From Octopus sinensis (lineage: Eukaryota): a DNA stretch of 64,000 nucleotides. Where the stretch lies: assembly GCF_006345805.1 (NCBI RefSeq), contig NW_021833962.1, positions 1-64,000 of the forward strand, given 5' to 3'. Below are positions 23,843 to 34,965 of this stretch, piece by piece. The first letter of the stretch is position 1. The number at the start of each line of letters is the position of its first letter. The notes below the pieces were generated by a model, which saw only the letters and a program-made list of their open reading frames with translations, was not told where the DNA came from and did not search any database. Made by a program: the position numbers and the translations under genes.

Positions 23843-24580
23843 TTATGTTCCGGTTACTTCCATCGATCTTCCCTCAACAAGATCCACTGTCGACGACTGA
23901 CGTGCAGTCCGAAACAGTGGCCCCCGAGCAGCAGCATTAGCTGCAGCAACAGCTATGTTAACATTACAACCCAACTCCAACCCACAGCTCAGTTTGCATT
24001 TGGTGCCACAACCCGAAAGTTCTCCAATGGAAACCAGAATATCCAGTCAGCGAGACGCCACGAAGGAGACAACATAGGCCAAGAATATTCTCTTATATAT
24101 TCCAATTCCTCACTTGCTTACTACCAAACAGCCCAGTTGTTCCTGCAGCCGACGATGATCCTCTCCATAATTGGGGCCGGCTATCTGTGCTACATGTCCA
24201 AAAATGACTTTTTTCTGCAGGACCACGTCAATTACTTTGAACACCCGTTCGTTGCCGGTTGCATGTTCTTCGTCTTCAATTCTTACCTTTTCTTCATTGT
24301 TACCAGAGTAAGCCAGAGTTATCTACTGCGGATATATGTCCACGAGGACGAAAACAACTTTGTGGCTATCGTGCCCGGCCTATTTATGTCACGTTCACAG
24401 CTGCATTTCACAGCGAACGATGTGACCCTCTCCTCTCGGAATGTCGTCTTACCATTCAAGAGAGGTAACTCTGTCATCAAAGGGAGATCATTTATATTAC
24501 ACAGTGATGATTTTCTCATACCAAAATATTACGATATTTTGCATCCAGCTAAAAGTGATGATGATAACGATGAAAAGTAA
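23843..24580 (+). CDS. TMEM70/TMEM186/TMEM223-family (TMEM70-like) mitochondrial inner-membrane protein, main coding exon
   Basis: Non-repetitive 256-codon ORF with an acceptor (ttttacttccag) ending at 23842, a Ser/Arg-rich N-region and two hydrophobic helices. These are followed by SYLLRIY..AI..F..NDV..K..S..F..YY, which aligns by eye with the TMEM70 C-terminal region (GYVIRLY..AI..FHQNDV). The start codon is unresolved and orthology is untested. Confidence 0.75.
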   Translation, partial: LCSGYFHRSSLNKIHCRRLTCSPKQWPPSSSISCSNSYVNITTQLQPTAQFAFGATTRKFSNGNQNIQSARRHEGDNIGQEYSLIYSNSSLAYYQTAQLFLQPTMILSIIGAGYLCYMSKNDFFLQDHVNYFEHPFVAGCMFFVFNSYLFFIVTRVSQSYLLRIYVHEDENNFVAIVPGLFMSRSQLHFTANDVTLSSRNVVLPFKRGNSVIKGRSFILHSDDFLIPKYYDILHPAKSDDDNDEK

Positions 24581-24604
24581 TAATTAATAAATTAATTAGT
24601 TTGT

Positions 24605-24610
24605 AATAAA
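24605..24610 (+). terminator. Candidate polyadenylation signal of the TMEM70-like gene
   Basis: AATAAA 25 nt after the TAA stop, followed by a T-rich tract. Confidence 0.5.
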
Positions 24611-24834
24611 ATTTTCTTATCTTGCACTGTTTTTGTTTTTGTTGTTGTTGTTGAAGAAATATACACTTAGGCGTAGGAGTGGCTGTGTGGTAAGTAGCTT
24701 GTTTAACAACAACATGGTTCCAGGTTCAATCCCACTGCATGGCACCTTGGGCAAGTGTTTTCTGCTATAGCCCCGGGCCGACCAATGCCTTGTGAGTGGA
24801 TTTGGTAGACGAAAACTGAAAGAAGCCTGTCGTA

Positions 24835-24889
<55 letters not shown>

Positions 24890-27257
24890 TGTTTGTGTGT
24901 CTGTGTTTGTCCCCCTAGCATTGCTTGACAACCGATGCTGGTGTGTTTACATCCCTGTCACTTAGTGGTTCGGCAAAAGAGACCGATAGGCTTACAAAGA
25001 ATAAGTCCCAGGGTCGATTTGGTCGCTAAAGGCGGTGCTCCAGCATGGCCGCAGTCAAATGACTGAAACAAGTAAAAGAGTAAAGAGTTACTTTTTATCC
25101 GTTGTTTCAGACATTACACTGTGGCCATGCTGGGGCACCACCGTGAATTATTAGTCGAATGAATCGATCCTAGAATTTATATTTTTTTTTAAAGCCCAGC
25201 ACTTATTCTGTTGTGTCTCTTGCTGAACTGCTAAGTTACAGAAATGCAGACACATCAACAACAGTTGTCAATCGGTGGTGGTGGGCAAACATAGACACAC
25301 ACACATACACACACAGAGGCTGTCGTTGTCATCGTCATCATTTAATGTCTGTTTTCCTTGCTGGCATGGGTTGGATGGTTTGACAGGCACCGGCAAGCCA
25401 GAAGATTGCACCAGGTTTAATGTCTGTTTTAGCATGGTCTTTACAGCTGGATGCCCTTCCAACTGAATCCAGCTTCTTTCAGTTTCCGTCTACCAAATCC
25501 ACTGACAAGGCTTTGGTGAGCCTGAGGCTATCGTAGAAGACACTTGCCCAAGGTGCCACACAATTAAAAATATATAATATAGGTACAAGTGTGGCTGTGT
25601 GGCAAGACGCTTGATTCCCAACCACACGGTTCCGGGTTCAGTCCCACTGCGTGGCATCTTGGACAAGTGTCTTCTACTATAGCCTTGGGCTGACCTAATC
25701 CTTGTGAGTAGATTTGGTAGACGGAAACTGAAAGAAGCCTGTCATATATATGTATATATATATATACATCATCATTTAACGTCCGCTTTCCATGCTAGCA
25801 TGGGTTGGACGGTTCAATTGGGATCTGGGGAGCCCGAAGGCTGCACCAGGCCAGTCAGATCTGGCAGTGTTTCTACAGCTGGATGCCCTTCCTAATGCCA
25901 ACCACTCTGAGAGTGTAGTGGGTGATTTTATGTGTCACCGACACAGATGCCAGACGAGGCTGGCGAACGGCCACGCTATATATATATACACATATATATA
26001 TATATATATGTATGTATATGTGTGTCTTTCTGTCTGTTTGTCCCCCACCACTGTTTGAGAACTGGTGTTGATGTGTTTACATCCCTGTAACTTAGTGGTT
26101 CGGCAAAAGAGACCGATAGAATACGTATCAGACTTCAAAAAGACAAAAAGTCCTGGAGTCAATTTGTTCAACTAGAACCATTCAAAGCAGTGCTCCAGCA
26201 TGGTCACAGTGAAATGACTGAAACCAATAAAAGATGAAGATAGAAATACGTAACAACTTTTATTCGTTTCAATCATTTGACTGTTGCCATGCTGGAGCAC
26301 TGCATTGGAGTGTTTTAGTCAAACAAAATGGTTGTCAAGTGGTGGCAGGGAAGACAAAACACTAGGGGACACACGCATATATCAAAGGTCCTTGCCAAAC
26401 CATAGGTTCATAAGGGTCGGTTTCCCAGATTTTGTGGTGTATTGGGTTGTCCGGAAAGTTTGTGCTGATTTTTAAGGGAAAGAAAACGGTCAATAACTAC
26501 TTGCCATTACATTTTTAATCAACCAAATATGAACCATTTTGTTGCACAATGCGTCTCCATCTTTCCTTTAACTTGAAAATACCCTCTTCCCAGAATTGAG
26601 GTGGTTTCATGGCAAAGAATTCATCAAGGTATCTTTTTACATCATCCAAGGAATTGAAATTTTTACCATAAAGACTATTCTGCAGAGACCTGAGTAAGTG
26701 GAAATCCTAGGAGCAATATCTTGTGAATATGGAGGCTGGGGTAACACATCCCAGCCGAGCTGCAGCAATTTTTGTCTGGTTCTCAAAGCATCAAGTGCCA
26801 AAAATGAACTTTCTTATCTTCCATTTTAAAGGGTTACAAAATTAACACTGGTTATAGGAACATTAACCTTCTTCCACGAAAAGATAGGTTTTAAATTTAG
26901 GGTTAGGGTTGTCATAAATAACAGACAAACGAAATATACACCACTGGAAGTTCTTGTTGACTGATTGGTTGAAATTACCGAAATACGAGAACTTTAACGT
27001 GAAATTACTTAGTAAATATAAGTTTTTCTCAAAAAATGCTAAGAGTAAAAGATGTTTTATATGACATAAAGTTATTTTTTAAATCTGTAGGTTAAAAGGT
27101 AAAGATCCGAATTTTGAGATTATTGTAATTTCTCCTACATCAGCTCGGAACGTCATAACCAGTAATACTTCAAACTATGTGTGTGTGTGTGTGTGTGAGT
27201 ATAAAGGTCAGCTTAACAGTCTCTAGGCTGACCAAGATACACTCATGGAATGTGACT

Positions 27258-27385
27258 AAATCAGGTTTATTTTTCAACATTGTCCCCCCTTGCGGCCCAC
27301 ACATTTCTTCCATCGGTCTTGCAGTGATTAGATTCCGTTGGTGAAGAGGCTTTCATCTTGTCGGTCAAAAAAGTCAATAACTGTA
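27258..27385 (-). pseudogene. Mariner transposase C-terminal remnant, interrupted by the SINE that opens the array
   Basis: Minus strand translates DFFDRQDESLFTNGI*SLQDRWKKCVGRKGDNVEK*, matching the mariner FF..GI..L..RW.KC...G.YVEK end motif. Confidence 0.65.
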
Positions 27386-27554
27386 GACATAGGCGCAGGA
27401 GTGGGTGTGTGGTAAGTAGCTTGCTAACCAACCACATGGTTCCGGGTTCAGTCCCACTGTGCGGCATCTTGGGCAAGTGTCTTCTGCTTTAGCCCCGGGC
27501 CGACCAATGCCTTGTGAGTGGATTTGGTAGACGGAAACTGAAAGAAGCCTGTCG

Positions 27555-27589
<35 letters not shown>

Positions 27590-28799
27590 TTGTGTGTCTG
27601 TGTTTGTCCCCCTAGCATTGCTTGACAACCGATGCTGGTGTATTTACGTCCCCGTCACTTAGCGGTTCGGCAAAAGAGACCGATACAATAAGCATTGGGC
27701 TTACAAAGAATAAGTCCCGGGGTCGATTTGCTTGACTAAAGGCGGTGCTCCAGCATGGCCGGAGTCAAATGACTGAAACATGTAAAAGAGAGTATATATA
27801 TATATATATATAATAACAAAGGGTAAAATTAATTAATTGAGAAGTAATCAATAATTTCACCAAGTAGAATTCGGGATGAAAAATGGACCATTTCACGGTA
27901 AACTTAAGTAATACTTTATAATTAGGGTTCAGCAAAGATTTGCTTTACCAGATACCGAAGTTTAGAAATAGCAGCCAAAACCGTAGCTATTTCTTCTACG
28001 TTAAAAAGTTCGGGTTAGGGTTAGGGTTCTAATTTTTAAAGTAGAAGAAATAGCTAAGGTTTGGCGGCTATTTCTAAATTCGGTAGGTGGGTTAAAGCAA
28101 ATCTTTGCTGAGCCTTTATTATAAAGTATTATATTATATATATATATATATTATATATATATGTATATGTATATATATATATATGTACGTACATACGTTC
28201 ATACATACACACACCACACACACAGGCACACACATGGGAAGACACATGCACGCATATATAATGCTTGCATATATGTATGTATGAAGGAATGAATCACAGA
28301 TTGATAGACAGACAGACAGATAGCTAGCTAGCTTGATAGATAGGTAGATAGACAGATAGACAGGTAGATAGACAGATACATAGATAGACAGGTAGATAGA
28401 TAGACAGACAGACAGATAGATAGATTGATGTGTTTCTTTATTAGCCAAGCAGGGCTGCACGCAGACAGGACAAATTACAAGGTAGAGCTTTTCTTTTGGG
28501 GGTAAAAAAAAAGGGGTTTGGTTTTCGATCAAAAGGGATCGTAAAAGGAAAGAAAGAGGACAAAAAAGGAAGGGGGGGGTTGATCAATAGGGATCGTTAT
28601 CACAGAAATGTCAATATGAAGTGTAAAGGGGAGGACAGGTGAGGTTTACCCGTGGAAAGAAAAGCCTACGGAAAAGACCACAGTAACCTCGAGACAGGTA
28701 GATAGATAGACAGATAGACAGATAGATAGATAGACAGACAGACAGATAGAGAGACAGGTAGATAGATAGATAGACAAATTGATAGACAGACAGATAGAG

Positions 28800-28862
<63 letters not shown>

Positions 28863-29440
28863 AAGATAGATAGATGGATAGATAGACAATAGATAGATAG
28901 ACAGACAGACAGATAGAGAGATAGAGAGATAGATAGATAAATAAATAGTGAGTGTATGTGAGTGGGTCGGGAGAGCCTTATGAAACCTTATGCGTACGTA
29001 TATCCCCCTCCCCTTCTCATTCTTTTCTCACTCCTTCTCATAACTTTCCCTCTCTTTACTCTGTATATCTATCATGTCTACCTATTTCTGCTATATCTCT
29101 TTCTTTCTCTCGTTTCCATGTAGCTGTCTTCCTTCCTCTCTATATCTCTCTTTTTACCCCCTCTCTCACTCTCTATTTCTTTCTTTCCCCCTCTCTCCCT
29201 CCCTCACTCTTTCCTCTCATTCCTCTCCCTCTACCACTCTGTCATATGTGCAACAACCAAAGTTCGAGTCGGTAACACCGGCCTCTTCCCTTTCTTTCTC
29301 TCTGTTCCATGTGACTGTCTTCCTTTCACTCTCTCCCCCTCTCTCCCTCCCTCACTCTTTCTAATCATTCCTCCCCCTCTATCCCTCTGTTACGTGAGCA
29401 ACAACCCAAGTTCGAGTCGGTAACATCCGGAAACACCCGG

Positions 29441-29552
29441 CTCTTTCCGGCCTCTTCTCAAGCAGACGACACCTTTCTAAAGAGACGTCCATTTGGCCTT
29501 TTGAGCCATTCTTCACGCAATCTTCCCTCTTTTCTACACTTTAAAGGTAAGA
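29441..29552 (+). promoter_or_regulatory. Putative TCT-type start, ATG-less ~104-nt leader and 5' splice site (unit 1; repeated in all units)
   Basis: CTCTTTCC at 29441 preceded by CCGGAAA; no ATG up to AAAG|GTAAGA. Donors at 29547, 32040, 33965, 36626, 38586, 41201, 42922, 44929, 50073, 52029 and 54228. Function is inferred. Confidence 0.45.
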
Positions 29553-29838
29553 TTACTTTATTATTTCCAATAAAAAATATTTAATTCCCTTCGTTTGCTT
29601 CAAATTTTGATCTTTTTCTGGAAAAGCATTTTTCCCCTCCAATTTTACGGTTAATTTGTTGAAAGAATGGAAAATGAGAAAAGCAAAAAAAAGTGAAAAA
29701 TATTCTTGAAAAATGAATGAAAAATTGTTTCTCATCCATAAAATATCAGTAATTTATTGCATGTTTAATATATTATATGTCTTTTTATGTCGGTGAAATA
29801 ATAAAAATAATTTGTTTATGAACGGAAATATTGATATT

Positions 29839-30250
29839 TGTAACGTGAAAGGATCTATCATCGAAGCACTGGCAGGGTGTCGAGATCCTTTCTAGTCACA
29901 TACAAAAATTCTTGTAGAAAAACAGAAAACTCAGGGTTAAAGGTGAACAGACAACTTGGTTTATTGATTCATGGTTGTACGTTGTCTGATGGGGGAATAG
30001 ACAGCCTCTGATATACTGCTGGTGTTGGTCGTTGAGGTGGTTGAAGTTGGTTGAAGTTGGTTGTGGCTGTCAGAGCCAGGAAAACCGTGACCGATCGCAG
30101 TGCTGTCTTGAGCCGAAGAGAGAGATTTGAGGTTCGCGGGCTCGAGAGATGTTTTCCCGCACATGCGCATGGGGAAGACTTCCGGTGGCCACCCGGAAGT
30201 AGTCCCATTCTGCGCATGCGCGCCGAACCCTACACAGTAGCATCACTACA
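29839..30250 (-). mobile_element. Solo LTR (412 bp) inserted in unit 1 only
   Basis: TGTA...TACA termini; 4-bp TSD TATT (29835-29838 / 30251-30254) against the empty site gatatttatgaac in other units; minus-strand AATAAA at 29960-29965; NRF1-like and ETS-like motifs near the right end. Orientation is inferred. Confidence 0.8.
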
Positions 30251-30570
30251 TATTTATGAACGAAGTTATATAAAGAATTGTTTAAAATGATTTTTGTGTG
30301 AGAAATTCCCTTCGATTCGTCGAAGTCTTCAAACTTTTGGCCCTTTTCTTTCATCTTCATGTTTTTGGGAAACGAAATATGTGAATGACTGTTATTATGT
30401 TTGTTGTCCACAAACGTTTACTCTGAGCATGTGTCCCAACCACATGGTTCTGGGTTCAATCCCACTGCGTGGCACCTTGGGCAAATGTCTTCTACTATAG
30501 CCCCGGGCCGACCAAAGCCTTGTGAGTGGATTTGGTAGACGGAAACTGAAAGAAGCCTGTCGTATATATG

Positions 30571-30603
<33 letters not shown>

Positions 30604-30827
30604 ATGTGTTTGCGTGTCTGTATTTGTCCCCCTAGCATTGCTTCACAACCGATGCTGGTGTGTTTACGTCCCCGTAACGTAGCGGTTCAGCAAAAGAGAC
30701 CGATAGAATAAGTACTGGGCTTACAAAGAATAAGACCCGGGGTCGATTTGCTCGACTAAAGGCGGTGCTCCAGCATGGCCGCAGTCAAATGACTGAAACA
30801 AGTAAAAAAGAGAATATATATATATAT

Positions 30828-30870
<43 letters not shown>

Positions 30871-30986
30871 ATATATATATGTATATATAATAATAACAAA
30901 GGGTAAAATTAATTAATTGAGAAGTAATCAATAATTTCACCAAGTAGAATTCGGGATGAAAAAAGGACCAATTCACGTTAAACTTA

Positions 30987-31243
30987 AGTAATACTTAATA
31001 ATTAGGGTTCAGCAAAGATTTGCTTTACTAGATACCGAAGTTTAGAAATAGCAGCCAAAACCTTAGCTATTTACTCTACTTTAAAAAGTTAGGGTTAGGG
31101 TTAGGGTTATTTAGTCTACTTTAAAAAGTTAGGGTTAGGGTTCTAATTTTTGAAGTAGAAGAAATAGCTAAGGTTTTGGCTGCTATTTCTAAACTTCGCT
31201 ATGTGGTAAAGCAAATCTTTGCTGAACCCTAATTATTAAGTAT

Positions 31244-31247
<4 letters not shown>
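30987..31247. mobile_element. MITE-like fold-back with (TTAGGG)2-3 in the loop (unit 2 copy; one per unit)
   Basis: Arms agtaatacttaataattagggttcagcaaagatttgctttac.. / ..gtaaagcaaatctttgctgaaccctaattattaagtattact, ~100 bp each. Some units have a ~31-bp internal duplication. Confidence 0.85.
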
Positions 31248-31282
<35 letters not shown>

Positions 31283-32861
31283 CATACATACATACATACA
31301 TACATGGCGGTGCTCCAGCATGGCCACAGCTCATGAGCTGAAACTGGAATCAATCAATCAATCAATCATACACACCAGGCACACACTCATGGGAAGACAC
31401 ATGTACGGATACATACAAAATGCTTGCATATATATGTATATATGTATGTCAGTATGAAGGAATGAATGTCAGATTGATAGACAGACAGACAGATAGACAG
31501 ATAGCTAGATAGATAGACAGACAGACAGATAGATAGATAGACAGGTAGATAGACAGACAGAGAGACAGACAGATAGATAGATAGACAGGTAGATAGATAG
31601 ACAGGTAGATAGATAGATAGATAGTGAGTGTATGTGGGTGGGTGGAGAGAGCCTTACGAAACGTTACACGTAAGTATATCCCCCTTCCCTCCTCGTCCTC
31701 CGCTCACTCCTTCTCATAACTTTCCCTCTCTTTACTATGTCTATCTATCATGTCAGACTCTCTTTTCTTGCTATATCACTTTCTGTCTCTCAGTTCCACG
31801 CAACTGTCTTCCTTTCACTCTCTCCCCCTCTATCTCTCCCTCCATAACTCTTTCCCATCATTCCTCCCCCTCTACCACTCTGTTACGTGAGCAACAACCC
31901 AAGTTCGAGTCGGTAACATCCGGAAACACCCGGCTCTTTCCGGCCTCTTCTCAAGCAGACGACACCTTTCTAAAGAGACGTCCATCTGGCATTTTGAGCC
32001 ATTCTTCACGCAATCTTCCCTCTTTTCTACACTTTAAAGGTAAGATTACTTTATTATTTCCAAAAAAAAATATTTAATTCCCTTCGTTTGCTTCAAATTT
32101 TGATCTTTTTCTGGAAAAGCATTTTTTCCCTCCAATTTTACGGTTAATTTGTTGAAAGAATGGAAAATGAGAAAAGCAAAAAAAAGTGAAAAATATTCTT
32201 GAAAAATGAATGAAAAATTGTTTCTCATCCATAAAATATCAGTAATTATTGCATGTTTAATATATTATATGTCTTTTTATGGTGGTGAAATAATAAAAAT
32301 AATTTGTTTATGAACGGAAATATTGATATTTATGAACGAAGTTATATAAAGAATTGTTTAAAATGATTTTGTGTGAGAAATCCCTCGATTCGTCGAAGTT
32401 TTCAAACTTTTGGCCCCTTTTCTTTCATCTTCATGTTTGGGGGAAAAGAAATATATGAATGACTGTTATTATGTTTGTTGTCCACAAACGTTTACTCTGA
32501 GCATGTGTCCCAACCACATGGTTCTGGGTTCAGTCCCACTGCGTGGCACCTTGGGCAAGTGCCTTCTACTATAACCTTGGGCCGACCAAAGCCTTGTGAG
32601 TGGATTTGGTAGACGGAAACTGAAAGAAGCTTGTCGTATATATGTATATATATATATGTATGTGTGTCTGTGTTTGTCCCCCTAGCATTGCTTGACAACC
32701 GATGCTGGTGTGTTTACGTCCCCGTAACTTAGCGGTTCGGCAAAAGAGACCGATAGAATAAGTACTGGGCTTACAAAGAATAAGACCCGGGGTCGATTTG
32801 CTCGACTAAAGGCGGTGCCCCAGCATGGCCGCAGTCAAATGACTGAAACAAGTAAAAGAAG

Positions 32862-32906
<45 letters not shown>

Positions 32907-33280
32907 TATATTATATATATGTATATATATATAATAACAAATGGTAAAATTAATTAATTGAGAAGTAATCAATAATTTCACCAAGTAGAATTCGGGATGA
33001 AAAAAGGACCAATTCACGGTAAACTTAAGTAATACTTAATAATTAGGGTTCAGCAAAGATTTGCTTTACCAGATACCGAAGTTTAGAAATAGCAGCCAAA
33101 ACCTTAGCTATTTACTCTACTTTAAAAAGTTAGGGTTAGGGTTCTAATTTTTGAAGTAGAAGAAATAGCTAAGGTTTTGGCTGCTATTTCTAAACTTCGT
33201 TATGTGGTAAAGCAAATCTTTGCTGAACCCTAATTATTAAGTATTACTATATATATATATATATATATTATATATTATAT

Positions 33281-33317
<37 letters not shown>

Positions 33318-34500
33318 ACATACATACATACATACATACATACATACATACACACACAGGCACACACTCATGGGAAGACACATGTACGGATACATACAAA
33401 ATGCTTGCATATATATATGTATGTAAGTATGAGGAATGAATGTCAGATTGATAGACAGACAGACAGACAGACAGATACATAGATAGACAGGTAGATAGAC
33501 AGACAGACAGACAGATAGATAGATAGACAGGTAGATAGATAGATAGTGAGTGTATGTGGGTGGGTGGAGAGAGCCTTACGAAACGTTACACGTAAGTATA
33601 TCCCCCTCCCCTCCTCGTCCTCCGCTCACTCCTTCTCATAACTTTCCCTCTCTTTACTCTGTATATCTATCATGTCAGACTCTCTTTTCTTGCTATATCA
33701 CTTTCTGTCTCTCAGTTCCACGCAAATGTCTTCCTTTCACTCTCTCCCCCTCTATCTCTCCCTCCATAACTCTTTCCCATCATTCCTCCCCCTCTACCAC
33801 CCTGTTACGTGAGCAACAACCCAAGTTCGAGTCGGTAACATCCGGAAACACCCGGCTCTTTCCGGCCTCCTCTTCTCAAGCAGACGACACCTTTCTAAAG
33901 AGACGTCCATCTGGCATTTTGAGCCATTCTTCACGCAATCTTCCCTCTTTTCGACACTTTAAAGGTAAGATTACTTTATTATTTCCAAAAAAAAATATTT
34001 AATTCCCTTCGTTTGCTTCAAATTTTGATTTCTTTCTGGAAAAGCATTTTTTCCCTCCAATTTTACGGTTAATTTGTTGAAAGAATGGAAAATGAGAAAA
34101 GCAAAAAAGTGAAAAATATTCTTGAAAAATGAATGAAAAATTGTTTCTCATCAATAAAATATCAGTAATTTATTGCATGTTTAATATATTATATGTCTTT
34201 TTATGTCGGTGAAATAATAAAAATAATTTGTTTATGAACGGAAATATTGATATTTATGAACGAAGTTATATAAAGAATTGTTTAAAATGATTTTTGTGTG
34301 AGAAATTCCCTTCGATTCTTCGGGGTTTTCAAACTTTTGGCCCTTTTCTTTCATCTTCATGTTTTGGGGAAACGAAATATGTGAATGACTGTTATTATGT
34401 TTGTTGTCCACAAACGTTTACTCTGAGCATGTGTCCCAACCACATGGTTCCGGGTTCAATCCCACTGCGTGGCACCTTGGGCAAGTGTCTTCTTCTATAG

Positions 34501-34789
34501 CAGTGTTTCCCAACCTTTTTTCCCGGCGCCCCACCTTTTCATAGCAAAAGTTTTTACGCCCCACCTTTTCCCATGTCCACTCACATTTACAAGTACATGT
34601 GGGCCTACTTACAATTGAAAAAAAATCAAAAATTAAAAAATTGTATTCAAAATACAAAAAAATAGTTTGAGAATTGAATCTAAGGTTGAGTCCGCGATGA
34701 CCGCTCGTCACGTACAAATATTTTCACAGCCTACGTCTATGCCCCGCGCCCCACCTGAATTTTCTCAGGCCCCACCTTGGGAATCACTG
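34501..34789. mobile_element. hAT-superfamily MITE (289 bp) inserted in the SINE of unit 4
   Basis: TIRs CAGTGTTTCCCAAC / CTTGGGAATCACTG; 8-bp TSD TTCTATAG, with the right copy ttctata(ta)g; absent from other units. Confidence 0.8.
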
Positions 34790-34863
34790 TTCTATATAGC
34801 CTCAGGCCGAACAAGGCTTTGTGAGTGGATTTGGTAGACGGAAACTGAAAGAAGCCTGTCGTA

Positions 34864-34965
<102 letters not shown>

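Noticed and set aside
29410-29420. B-box-like GTTCGAGTC in each core, suggesting a tRNA or Pol III gene
   Set aside because: No properly spaced A box and no cloverleaf. Genuine A/B boxes in the window belong to SINEs, so no tRNA gene is called.
30375-30430. Possible box C/D snoRNA (GTGAATGA..CTGA) in each unit
   Set aside because: Box C is non-canonical, there is no terminal stem and I cannot identify a guide sequence. A snoscan or Infernal search would be needed.
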